Virus record (IMG/VR): IMGVR_UViG_3300044513_002211
Coordinates: 1 to 33,406 of that record
Length of the DNA: 33,406 nucleotides
Direction: 5' to 3' (one strand)
Origin: a virus
Lineage: Duplodnaviria > Caudoviricetes
This document shows positions 17,688-27,904 of this stretch, in pieces. Every line of letters starts with the position of its first letter. Position 1 is the stretch's first letter. Below the pieces are notes generated by a model, which saw only the letters and a list, made by a program, of their open reading frames with translations, made no database searches and was not told where the DNA came from. A program made the position numbers and the translations under genes.

Positions 17688-20600
17688 TTAGACAATAGAC
17701 CAGGAACCACCATCGGAAATGGTGATTGTCGTACCATTATTTATAGTGATAGGACCAGCAGACATGCAGTTATCGGTAGCGGCAACCGTAATGTTTTCAC
17801 CGACTGTCTGGCGATTACGCTTGAAGACGCCGTAACTATCAATCCACTGAGCATCTCCAGAAGCTCTCAGAACAACGCTGTTCTGACCACTTACGAGTGT
17901 TGCGGCACTTAAGTTAATGCCACTCTTAGCCGTTACTTGAAGTGCATATGTAGTTTGGTTTGTAGTTGATGTGCCACCAAGAGTCATGGTGCCAGTGTCA
18001 CTCAAATACATTATACTTTGATCGCTATCATTTCTCCAAATAAAGTCATCACCAGTTCTGAAGTAAGTGTGAGAGTTATTGGCAAAGTAGAATCTGTCCT
18101 GACCACCAGCATCTTGCAACCAAACGTTAACGGTAGAACCGAAGTATGGGAGGTTCAGTGCAGAATAACCATCAAGCAGGTCAGCGTTCAGATTGGTAAC
18201 AACTGTGGTAGAAGCAACAGTGAATGGTGCAGTACCAGTTGCAGTAGTGGACTGGAAGGTAGTTGCCTTTGCAGTACCATTGACTTCTAATGGTTGATCT
18301 GGATCAGAAACACCAATACCAACATAGAATGTACTGGCACTCTGTCTGAAGTACATCATGTCAGTATCAACATTGGATGAGTTTCTCAGACCAACAATAC
18401 CGACAGCTCTATCTCCAGTTTCTCTACCACCCTTGATATAAAGACCACGATCATTTCCGTAGTGAGTAAATCTAACGATCGAACCAGTATTATCACTGTC
18501 GCCACCAGATACAAAGTTTGCAACTTCAGCAAATCCAGTTCCAGTGGTAGAGTTGACAACTGCAAGTTTAGTTCCAACTGTTCCAGAAGCGTAGTTATTG
18601 TATGCGTTTACTACACCAATACCAAGGTTGCCATCTTTGAAGTGAACGTTATTGTAGAAGAAGGATGTTTCATCCCATCCAAGGTAACGAGTATCGTTAC
18701 CAAATCTGATAGATCCTCTATTAGAATTTGCTTTACCCTTAATTGCAACTGAGTTAGTATCAGATTTACCAATCGTAAATCCGTTGGCATCACCGAGACT
18801 TAATGTAGTTGTATTATTTGTAAATGTACCTTGAGTGCCAGTGACAACAGCAGCGGTGATGTTTGCACTGGCATCTCTTCTAACAATTGTATTCAGAGTT
18901 GCAGAAGTGCTCTGAACATAACCATCGAGGAAGTGAGCATCCAGGGTAGAAGCAGAACCATCATTACCTTCGTGCCATACGGTGTTACCGTTGACAGTCA
19001 GAGAGTTTGCGTTGATTCTAAGTGTGCCCTGACCATTTGTACCAGAACCACCAGATACAATCAGACGAACATCATAGTCCCCAGCAGAACCACTAGAGCG
19101 GAAGTCGAGAGTTGGTGTGGAAGAAACTCCAGTCTTACCAAACTCAATGAAAGGACCATTTGCGTTATCTACAACAGAGAAGATCTGGGCAGAGTTTGCA
19201 GATAGTTCCTCTACAGAAGTTACAGTCCATCTAGAACTTCCAGAAGCATTAGGACCAACTAATCTAATATCAGCACCAGTCTGACTTGCAGTAAAGGTGA
19301 TTGTTCCTGTAATTACACTATAGATTGAACCATCGCTACCAGTTCCTTCTACAACCGCATTGGCACCAGTGTCAACAACGATTGTACCAATATTCTGAAT
19401 TGCTTGAGAATCTGAATATACGGTATATGTGGTGCCCGCTGTAATGTTACCACCAGAGTTAACAGTTACGTGGAAGTTTGGAATATAAAGTGCAAACTTA
19501 CTTCCAGAACCAGCAACATAGAAGTTCTCAAGAACCCACTTGTCACGACCAAGAACCTCTGGTAAGAATTGTTGACCGATTGCACCATGTCCACGGTTGT
19601 CACCCACGTTATGACCAGACTGATACCAAAGACCACCCTGACCATCTAAGTAGAGTGCGTTTGGACCAGCGGTTGCATTACTAGCATGAACTCCCTTTCC
19701 AGCGACTGCGGGATTTGTATTTGGATCATCACGTCCATCATTATTTTCAGACCAAATCTCATACCAGTTACTATACGTAGAAGATGTACCACCCGTATCA
19801 CCACGAATCCAAAGATTATTGTTGTCGGTAAATCCTAGTTGAGTTACTGCTCTGGATACACCAGTCTTTCTTCTATATGTTAAGACACCATGATCAGAAC
19901 CACCATCAGCAAGACCAGTGGTAGTGTTATTTCTAAGGTGTGCCTGAATACCATGTGCCGCACCAGAAGGAGCGGGATTGGTGGTTGCACTTGCTGCCTC
20001 ATTGTTTAGAGTTGCGGTATTAGTAGAACTACCAGTAATGTTGATAACATATGAACCGTTTGGATCTAGAACGGATGTGTTCAAGAATCCAGTTGTGAAC
20101 AGGGATGCATTAGTGAGGTTTGCGGCAGAAAGCTTAATGCCAGCACCTTCAATGAATTCCGCAGTGAGACTGGATCCAGCGCCTTGATCAAGACGAACAC
20201 TACCATCACTATCTACAATAAATCCAGCTTCTACATTTTGGTTCTGCAGAGACTGGTTAGCATCATCCTTGCGGAATCTGACTAAACCATAGTTACCCCA
20301 AGTGGTAACATTTTGAGTAATGTTGTTTGCTTTTCTTACGTCAATCCTGATGTTTCCGTAAGCACGATTGACTGTGCCCTTGACGCCAGTAAGGCTTGCT
20401 GCTTGAGATGGAGCTCCAAGTTCGGAAGGAACCGTAACAGTAAAGTCTGCAGCATAGCTCGAACCACCATCAGTAATGCTGACATTTGTAATTACGCCAT
20501 TTGTAACCGTAAAGGTTCCTCTTGCACAATCATCACTCGCAGCGGTAATTGCATCACCATTTCCATCAACACCACCCTCAAGTGCTAGGTTCTGATAAAG

Positions 20601-23600
20601 TTGAGTTCCCGACTGTGGAGTATATCCAGTACCACCGTTATTGATAGTTACGCTATCAACGTAAGTGTTATCTTGGAGAGATCCACTAAGAACAATAGCA
20701 TCTGCAGTATCTGGTCTAATAGATTGTAGAGCATATTCATAAGAAGAATCTCCTCTCAAGAATGTTAAGGAGTTTGCAACACCTCTAGATGCAAGACGCT
20801 CTGGGTCAATTGTACCAGCGACGATGTTAGAAGCATCAATGTTAGTGGATGTTAACTGTGTCCAGTTTGCAGCGTCGGATGCAGAGGTATTGACTACTCT
20901 GGTGAGGTCAATAATTCTCTTTCTGCTGACATTGCCACTTGTTGTGGATGCTGCAGTGGTTGTTACTTGGAACTCGTTGACATTGTTTACCGTGATAGTA
21001 TAGAATCCATCTGGCGCAGTGCCAGAAGTAAAGTCAAGATATACAAGATCACTGTTGCCCAGACCATGACCATTTTCTGTAATTACGATTGTTGTGCCAC
21101 CACCTTGAGTGTATGTTCCAGTTCCGTCATTGGTTCCAGAACCATCAAGAATAAAGTCACCAGAATCGAACTTGATATTATTTGCAATATCAATTGAAAG
21201 TCTACCTTCTACCAGACCACCAATAACTGCTTGAGTTCCTGATGCAGGTGGATTGATGGATACAGTTGGAGCACTGTAGTATCCCTTACCAATGTTGGTT
21301 ATTGTGATACTTACAACAGAACCATTTACAATATTTGCTGTTGCTGCTGCTTGTACACCATTAACAGTATCATCAGGAGCACTGATTGTCAGAGTTTCTG
21401 TGGATGTTGTATATCCAGAACCAGCAGTGCTGATATTATATTGATATACTGCACCATCATTGTAACTTGTGACCGAACCTCTAGCGGTAGTTGAACTACC
21501 TACAATTAGACTAGAAATTGCGAAAGTATATCCACTATTAGGAGTAAATGCTAAGTATTGACTGTCTAAGTCATTCTCAAGGATATAGGAAACCGCAATA
21601 CCCTGAGTTGTAAACTGCTGGGTTCCAGTTCCCTGAGAGGTCAAGTCAATTGCAGTTCCAGCAGTTGCATTTGCTTCGGACACTGCCAACTTGATTGTAC
21701 TAGCATTAATTACAATCGCATAGTAATTGTTACCTGTAGCAATTCCGCCAATATTAGCAGTTCCCTGAGTGTAGGTTAACTGATCACCAGTTGTTAATCC
21801 ATGGGAAGAAATTGTAATTTCTTCTGTGTTTGTGTTGACGGATGCAGGTGCAACGTTGAATGTTGTCGAAGATGTTTCAATTGCAATGTCACCAGCGTTG
21901 GCATCCTCAATTGCAAGACGCTCCTGGGTAGAAGCAACGGATGTGATATTGAAAGGACGAAGTGCTGGAATCTGGTCGATGTTAATCTTACCAGTTGCAG
22001 TCAACTGAACCAGAGCAGATGGAACTGCGTTAGTGGAATATGGTTGGTTCAGATATGGACCAAGGTTATTGGAGATGTAATCTCTAACAGAAGCCTGGGT
22101 TGGCAGAAGTTCATCCGATGCAAAAGAACCACCAAGGTTATCATCTTTAGAGAAACCAGTAACAGTAATATCACCACCAGTGATCTTAATGGAAGTCAGT
22201 TCGGAGATTGCAACTGTACCAACAAAACTGATAGCACCTGTTCTGTTGAAGATGGTAACGAAGTCACCGACCTTAAAGTCACCGAATTCATTAGTACCAG
22301 AGGTGTAGACCTGACCGAAAGATTCTTCCGAAGCTTCAAAAGCAGATCCTCTACCGACACCACCGTTCTGTGGAAGAGCAGCATAAGTGTTACCAGATCC
22401 AGAGTATTCCCAAGTGTGGGAAGAAGAGTTAACAATCGATGGTCTGTGTAATTTAATAGTAGCACCTACCAGTGGAGAAGATGCACCTCCAGCAATATTA
22501 CCGTTAGCGTAACTGAATACAGAATTGTCGCTCAGTCTAGTTAGATTTAATGATTGGTTTGTTGTAATCTTTGCGGTAATTTGACTACCAGGAGATCCAC
22601 TAATAACCTCAGTTTCCAGAATGATAAATTCAACCGTAGAATTAGTATTTGTAAACTCATCAAATTTGATGATGTAGTCTTCGATTGGTACATTGGTTAG
22701 AGATGGCGCTGTAATAGTAATCTCTTGTCTACCAGTAAAGACGCCACTATTCAACTGGGTCTCTTCATTATCTACACTTGTAACAACAGCAACATCAAAT
22801 GGATATGGATCAGCACGATAACCAGTAGCACGTAGAGCATATGTACCAAAGTTAGATGCCGAGTTGGTTACGGATGCATAACCACCAGACTGACAAACAA
22901 TGCCATCCTGGCAGAAGATAGCAAACACAGAAACCAACTGTGTATATCCATCATTAGTAACGTTATATGCAGTACCACCGAAGGAAATAATCGTGAATGC
23001 CGAAGCAACCATCGATTTACCTTGGGGTTCATACAATGCAACAGTTTGACCTAGACTATTCGTCTTCAGACCAGGACGAGGTACGTTAGGTGTTGCAACT
23101 TTAGCACCATCAATCTCACAACCAGAACCACCACGGAAGGAGATCAGAGAAGAGTTCTGGATGTATGGAGATGCTTCAACAATTGGAAGATCCAGGAAGG
23201 TATTCAGCAGTGGGAAGCTATAGGAACTTGCTCCCTGCTCTGTGATAATTGGATCTGGATTTGTGATTGCAGTATATGCAGTAGAGGTGCTGAGAACTGT
23301 ATCGAGAATCGACCAGTTAGTTGTCAGTGCAGATACAACGTTCGCACACTCTGGAGAAGATGGATCTACTGTTACTGCACCATTTGCTACTGGAGCAATC
23401 TGAGAAAATTCACCAGCATTTAAATCATTTCTGATTGCCAGAATGCAAAGTTCTTTTGCTTTGTTGAAGACTTGTCTAGAGAAGTCAATCTCATTGGCAA
23501 TGAATTGAACAACACCGCTAGCAATATACCTATTTGCTGCCTCAGCGGTCTTAGAGTTGCCTGTATAGCGCAAATCATGCTGGAATGCTCTAAGGACCTT

Positions 23601-26600
23601 CAGAACGTCATCCAGGCACTGCTGATCGCCTTCTGCGTAGGTTCTGACAATACCATTGAGGTTGCCAGGAGAACCAGTGCTACCAATTGCCTGAGTAACA
23701 ACAGCAGTCAATGTTGTGATAGAAGAAGCAACGTCTTGACACGCTGGGTTTTGGATATCTTGGGTTACTGTAGCATCCTTAACCTGAGTATATGCACCGA
23801 GGTTGTAAGTCGTAAATGCAGAATCGAATGTCTCGTTACGCATTGCTGCGATTGCGAGATCTCTAGCGTAGTTAAAAACGATTACAGATTCATCTTCTTC
23901 ACCAACAACGTGAGCACCATCAACATAATACTTAGCAGCATCATAGACTTGATCGTTGCCACCAAAGGTGAGGTTGTATGCAAGTGCATTAAGGAAGTCA
24001 ACTGTGTCATCCTTGCAGGATTGATTACCAGTTGGGATTGTGAATGATTCTTCAGCAACCATTCTTTCGACTGCCATTTCGGCAATCATTACACGGTTGG
24101 CAAGGATCAGAGACGATGCATCAGCATAACGATCAGACTGAGGTTTACTACCAGGAGTTACATGTGGAAGTGGAGTTGTGAAATCTACAGTACCAGTTTC
24201 TCCATCATTGTTGCTGTTTGCAAGGGTGATGGTAAAAGTTCTGTAGTCTGGGGTATCAGATACAGTATATCCACCATCAGTAAGAGCACCGCTCCAGGTA
24301 AATGTATATGCACTTAAAGCATATACTGTATGACCGAGAGGAACCGTTACGGTAAGAGTTGTGCCAGAAATACTGTAAGAACCAGATCTTGTATTAGCAG
24401 AAATACTAGAATAAGAAGTGCCACCAATAGGAATTTGAGTTCCTCTGGTGCTAGAAGATGTATGGTGAGATTTTACAAAAGCGTATGCTTCTTCAGCAAT
24501 AAACTCTTGGTTTGCTCTGATTGCTTCTGCACCGTCTCTGAAACGATCTGTTTGAGTTACAGCATCAAATGTATATGGAGAGTTTGCTAGAGATGCTAAA
24601 ACGTAGTTGCTGGCAGAAATTACAGTCTGATCACCAGTTGGATTGAGGCTGGAATTAAATACCGAGTAATTACCTCTTACAACAAAAGCGATAGAGAATC
24701 CGTCAGCCCTTTCAATTCTATCAGTTACATACTTTCTACCATTCAGATCTTCAAGGTTGTCTAAGACACTGAAAGTACCAGTTCTAGTTGCAAAGTCTGG
24801 AGCTTTGAGAGAAATACGAACAGTTCCAGATGGTGCATCATATGCACCTCTACCCATACCAAGAGCAGTGTTGCCAGGGAGGGATGGGAAAGAAGTTCCA
24901 GTAGTAAATGTATCAATATGATATGTCTTACTTGTTGCTCCACCAGTGGAGAATATGAATTTGAGACCAGCTTCACCTAAAGTGGTGAGGTTGCCCCAGA
25001 AAGAGTTTACAACTCCAGTATCTACACTAGAGATAGTACACTCGATAGTATCTGCACTCTGACTATAAGAATAAACCGCAGACCCACCAAAATCAATTAC
25101 AGAACTTGCGAATCCATACAAGTTTACTTCTTGCCCAATCTCATAATCATGATATGCATCTGATGCAAGAGTTATAATAGGACCATTGTATGCTTGTACG
25201 GTATTTAAAGAAGTATCAACACTCGATACAGACAGAAGTTTTGAAGATCTCTCAAATCTTTGGAATCCTTTACCAGAAGAAGTAATCGATCTGAGGATAG
25301 GAGCATCCACTCCAGATGCATTCTTATTAGTTGCGTCTGCTGGAGTATTTGCTAATTGGATCCAGTTTACATCTCTCGAATATACCGCATACTGACTATT
25401 ATCAACAAGGTTTCCGATAGTACCAGACTTAGATGCTCTGTAGTATACCTGTTCGCCAGTAGTAAGACCATGCTTTTCGATATAAATCGCATTAGCACCA
25501 GGACTAACTTTACTGAAAGTTAAATAATGAATTCCTGTTCCAGTATTGGTGATATCAAGTCTTCCTTGCTTAGTGGAAGATCCAGCATCAAAATTAGAAT
25601 TAGTGAAGTTATCGTAAAGTTCAAATGTATTTGGAGAGAGGACACGAGCATAATATGTTGTCCCATTAATGAAACCTGGAATGTTTGCATTCCCATCGTT
25701 GTCATATACGACTGCCGCGCCAGTGAATAGACGATGACCATTGATGGTGATTAGATCACTAGCAGCATTTACACCAGTAGCACCGTTGAGGAGAAGTGTC
25801 TCACTCTCAGAATCTACGGTGTGCTGATAAATCTGGTTAGAAATAGTTTCTAATTCTGGACGTAAAGACTCTACGTCGGTTAGAGGAGCCTGATTGGATG
25901 CCCCTGCACCAGACTCCACAATGCTTTGGGAATCTACGTCGTAGAAAATATTTTCAGTATCGCTGAATAAGTCATCAACACCACTAGTTACTCGTACAGT
26001 AACTGTACCAGTTAAAAACTCAAAACTTGGAGTTACTGATCCATCGCCAGTATATGTTACTGCTGTTACGATACCAGTAGTTCTACTAGTCTCACCTAAT
26101 ACTGCATAACCGATTTGGAGGTCGCTTGCTTGAGTACCAGTATTGTCTCTAAATGTTAGCAGTTGGACGTTTTCGCCTCTATACTTGTCTCCAGGTTGTG
26201 CTGGAATTTGAGCGAGTTCTGGCTCATAATACAATCTCTGCTTATCATCAAAAACGAATGCATATTTCCAAGTGAACAGAGTTGCACTATATGGATCGTT
26301 TGGATTCTGAAGAGCATCTCTGAAAGTCACACCATTGACATACGTCTCGTTAGACGCCTTAATCATGTGGCGATCACCATTCAGAGGTCTAACGACAACT
26401 CTACGGAGGTTATCACCGATCAGAGAGCAGTTTCTTGGAAGAGTGATTGGGTTATCTTCTAAGTATTCACCACCAGAAACGATGATGGATACATACTCAT
26501 CACCATCAGTGGGAACTGCTGCTTGTAAACCATATGCAATCTGTGCTGCTTTTTTGATGGTTGCAACAGGTCTTGCTGCAGATCGACCATCATTATCATC

Positions 26601-27323
26601 ACTACCAATAGTAGAAGATACGTATACACGACCACCAGTGTCGTTGGTGGCGACTTTATATACGAAGTCTGTGGTTGCAATACGTCTTGACTGATCACTC
26701 AGTTCTGGAGTGTCTGCTGTTGGGTAGAATGTAGTACCGAAATCTGGACTGGTTACGTCGGTATCCGTATAATTGACAAGATTGGGCGCACGAAGATTCA
26801 GTGCTGGGTTGACAATCGTACCAATATCCAGGTTGATAATACGTGCAGTATCAGAAATAATCGAACGAGTAGTTCTGATCTGACCTTCAACATCAAGTTC
26901 AAATTCTGGGTTGGTGTTGTTAATACCAACACGAATATCACCAACAACGTCTTTGGTTACAACAATTGCGGCATCTGAAGATGCCCCAGTACCAATAGAA
27001 ATTGCAAGTTTCTCGTCAGTATTAATTTCTAAGGATCTTCTTACTCTATATGAAAGAGTATTACCTGCCGTAATCGTGCCGCTTGCACTGTCAGTAAGAG
27101 TAAAAGTATCTGCGTCTACTACTGTCGCTTCATAGATGCCGTTTGTAGCGCCACCAGAGGTTACGTCAACCTGCAAATCTTCACTTCTGATGAACCCGTG
27201 TCCAACAGAAGTTACTGTAATGGTAGTACCCTGTCTGTAATAGGTAGCGTTTCTCCAACTACCAGTGGCAACTACACCAGAACCTTCAATTCTTTGCTGT
27301 TCAGAATTAATTTTGAGACTCAT
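17688..27323 (-). CDS. Giant mosaic tail fibre / virion structural protein (3211 aa)
   Basis: S/T/G-rich. It has a beta-helix start (YVSSTIGSDDNDGRS..TIKKA), HGLxTGxxVxY repeats, GSGY..APTV repeats, a pyocin-knob-like segment, a DYDVRL motif, NADLLDG, and terminal MSAGPITINNGTTITISDGGSWSIV. Confidence 0.88.
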   Translation of the reverse strand: MSLKINSEQQRIEGSGVVATGSWRNATYYRQGTTITVTSVGHGFIRSEDLQVDVTSGGATNGIYEATVVDADTFTLTDSASGTITAGNTLSYRVRRSLEINTDEKLAISIGTGASSDAAIVVTKDVVGDIRVGINNTNPEFELDVEGQIRTTRSIISDTARIINLDIGTIVNPALNLRAPNLVNYTDTDVTSPDFGTTFYPTADTPELSDQSRRIATTDFVYKVATNDTGGRVYVSSTIGSDDNDGRSAARPVATIKKAAQIAYGLQAAVPTDGDEYVSIIVSGGEYLEDNPITLPRNCSLIGDNLRRVVVRPLNGDRHMIKASNETYVNGVTFRDALQNPNDPYSATLFTWKYAFVFDDKQRLYYEPELAQIPAQPGDKYRGENVQLLTFRDNTGTQASDLQIGYAVLGETSRTTGIVTAVTYTGDGSVTPSFEFLTGTVTVRVTSGVDDLFSDTENIFYDVDSQSIVESGAGASNQAPLTDVESLRPELETISNQIYQHTVDSESETLLLNGATGVNAASDLITINGHRLFTGAAVVYDNDGNANIPGFINGTTYYARVLSPNTFELYDNFTNSNFDAGSSTKQGRLDITNTGTGIHYLTFSKVSPGANAIYIEKHGLTTGEQVYYRASKSGTIGNLVDNSQYAVYSRDVNWIQLANTPADATNKNASGVDAPILRSITSSGKGFQRFERSSKLLSVSSVDTSLNTVQAYNGPIITLASDAYHDYEIGQEVNLYGFASSVIDFGGSAVYSYSQSADTIECTISSVDTGVVNSFWGNLTTLGEAGLKFIFSTGGATSKTYHIDTFTTGTSFPSLPGNTALGMGRGAYDAPSGTVRISLKAPDFATRTGTFSVLDNLEDLNGRKYVTDRIERADGFSIAFVVRGNYSVFNSSLNPTGDQTVISASNYVLASLANSPYTFDAVTQTDRFRDGAEAIRANQEFIAEEAYAFVKSHHTSSSTRGTQIPIGGTSYSSISANTRSGSYSISGTTLTVTVPLGHTVYALSAYTFTWSGALTDGGYTVSDTPDYRTFTITLANSNNDGETGTVDFTTPLPHVTPGSKPQSDRYADASSLILANRVMIAEMAVERMVAEESFTIPTGNQSCKDDTVDFLNALAYNLTFGGNDQVYDAAKYYVDGAHVVGEEDESVIVFNYARDLAIAAMRNETFDSAFTTYNLGAYTQVKDATVTQDIQNPACQDVASSITTLTAVVTQAIGSTGSPGNLNGIVRTYAEGDQQCLDDVLKVLRAFQHDLRYTGNSKTAEAANRYIASGVVQFIANEIDFSRQVFNKAKELCILAIRNDLNAGEFSQIAPVANGAVTVDPSSPECANVVSALTTNWSILDTVLSTSTAYTAITNPDPIITEQGASSYSFPLLNTFLDLPIVEASPYIQNSSLISFRGGSGCEIDGAKVATPNVPRPGLKTNSLGQTVALYEPQGKSMVASAFTIISFGGTAYNVTNDGYTQLVSVFAIFCQDGIVCQSGGYASVTNSASNFGTYALRATGYRADPYPFDVAVVTSVDNEETQLNSGVFTGRQEITITAPSLTNVPIEDYIIKFDEFTNTNSTVEFIILETEVISGSPGSQITAKITTNQSLNLTRLSDNSVFSYANGNIAGGASSPLVGATIKLHRPSIVNSSSHTWEYSGSGNTYAALPQNGGVGRGSAFEASEESFGQVYTSGTNEFGDFKVGDFVTIFNRTGAISFVGTVAISELTSIKITGGDITVTGFSKDDNLGGSFASDELLPTQASVRDYISNNLGPYLNQPYSTNAVPSALVQLTATGKINIDQIPALRPFNITSVASTQERLAIEDANAGDIAIETSSTTFNVAPASVNTNTEEITISSHGLTTGDQLTYTQGTANIGGIATGNNYYAIVINASTIKLAVSEANATAGTAIDLTSQGTGTQQFTTQGIAVSYILENDLDSQYLAFTPNSGYTFAISSLIVGSSTTARGSVTSYNDGAVYQYNISTAGSGYTTSTETLTISAPDDTVNGVQAAATANIVNGSVVSITITNIGKGYYSAPTVSINPPASGTQAVIGGLVEGRLSIDIANNIKFDSGDFILDGSGTNDGTGTYTQGGGTTIVITENGHGLGNSDLVYLDFTSGTAPDGFYTITVNNVNEFQVTTTAASTTSGNVSRKRIIDLTRVVNTSASDAANWTQLTSTNIDASNIVAGTIDPERLASRGVANSLTFLRGDSSYEYALQSIRPDTADAIVLSGSLQDNTYVDSVTINNGGTGYTPQSGTQLYQNLALEGGVDGNGDAITAASDDCARGTFTVTNGVITNVSITDGGSSYAADFTVTVPSELGAPSQAASLTGVKGTVNRAYGNIRIDVRKANNITQNVTTWGNYGLVRFRKDDANQSLQNQNVEAGFIVDSDGSVRLDQGAGSSLTAEFIEGAGIKLSAANLTNASLFTTGFLNTSVLDPNGSYVINITGSSTNTATLNNEAASATTNPAPSGAAHGIQAHLRNNTTTGLADGGSDHGVLTYRRKTGVSRAVTQLGFTDNNNLWIRGDTGGTSSTYSNWYEIWSENNDGRDDPNTNPAVAGKGVHASNATAGPNALYLDGQGGLWYQSGHNVGDNRGHGAIGQQFLPEVLGRDKWVLENFYVAGSGSKFALYIPNFHVTVNSGGNITAGTTYTVYSDSQAIQNIGTIVVDTGANAVVEGTGSDGSIYSVITGTITFTASQTGADIRLVGPNASGSSRWTVTSVEELSANSAQIFSVVDNANGPFIEFGKTGVSSTPTLDFRSSGSAGDYDVRLIVSGGSGTNGQGTLRINANSLTVNGNTVWHEGNDGSASTLDAHFLDGYVQSTSATLNTIVRRDASANITAAVVTGTQGTFTNNTTTLSLGDANGFTIGKSDTNSVAIKGKANSNRGSIRFGNDTRYLGWDETSFFYNNVHFKDGNLGIGVVNAYNNYASGTVGTKLAVVNSTTGTGFAEVANFVSGGDSDNTGSIVRFTHYGNDRGLYIKGGRETGDRAVGIVGLRNSSNVDTDMMYFRQSASTFYVGIGVSDPDQPLEVNGTAKATTFQSTTATGTAPFTVASTTVVTNLNADLLDGYSALNLPYFGSTVNVWLQDAGGQDRFYFANNSHTYFRTGDDFIWRNDSDQSIMYLSDTGTMTLGGTSTTNQTTYALQVTAKSGINLSAATLVSGQNSVVLRASGDAQWIDSYGVFKRNRQTVGENITVAATDNCMSAGPITINNGTTITISDGGSWSIV

Positions 27324-27342
27324 TTATGTGTACTCCGATGCC

Positions 27343-27876
27343 TTAAGATACGACAGTGATTTCTAAGATACCGACCCACTTTACAGTGGAGGTTGATGAA
27401 ACAGATTCAACTTCAAAAGTAAAGAATGGTGCCCCACCAATCTGGAATGGGTCTGGAGTTACACTCCAAGTTTCTTGACCAGGAAGATTTTCAGTGACTA
27501 CATTTTGAAAAGTAGATGCCACAGTTGGAAGACCAGTGCCATCGGTAGTGACAACTAAATCATGATGACTTGCATAAACATAAGTGTTAGTGGTTGTTTC
27601 TTGACCAAAAACTCTTGCTGTTACGAAAGCAACCGTATTATTTGCCAAAGCAGGAACTGATGTCGTCTGAGCAGTTCCACCATCAAACGTCAACTGAGAT
27701 GTATTGGTGGTAGGATCTGTGATTCTCTTCATGATATAGAGATCCTTATTAGCGTCAGTAAACTGATCGCTAACCATATGCATTGCGGAGATGTTTTTTA
27801 GCGCATTATCGGTATCTAATACCTCAGTTGCACCCACCGCAAAGCCACCAATTGACGAGAAGTTTTTGGTTGCCAT
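27343..27876 (-). CDS. Putative virion structural protein (177 aa)
   Basis: Beta-rich and Thr-rich, located between two giant structural genes and downstream of a perfect late promoter. Confidence 0.75.
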   Translation of the reverse strand: MATKNFSSIGGFAVGATEVLDTDNALKNISAMHMVSDQFTDANKDLYIMKRITDPTTNTSQLTFDGGTAQTTSVPALANNTVAFVTARVFGQETTTNTYVYASHHDLVVTTDGTGLPTVASTFQNVVTENLPGQETWSVTPDPFQIGGAPFFTFEVESVSSTSTVKWVGILEITVVS

Positions 27877-27896
27877 GTCTTTATGTTACCTTAGGT

Positions 27897-27904
27897 TATT
27901 TATA
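27897..27904 (-). promoter_or_regulatory. T4-like late promoter (TATAAATA)
   Basis: Perfect consensus overlapping the stop of the upstream gene, about 21 nt before the ATG at 27876. Confidence 0.85.
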
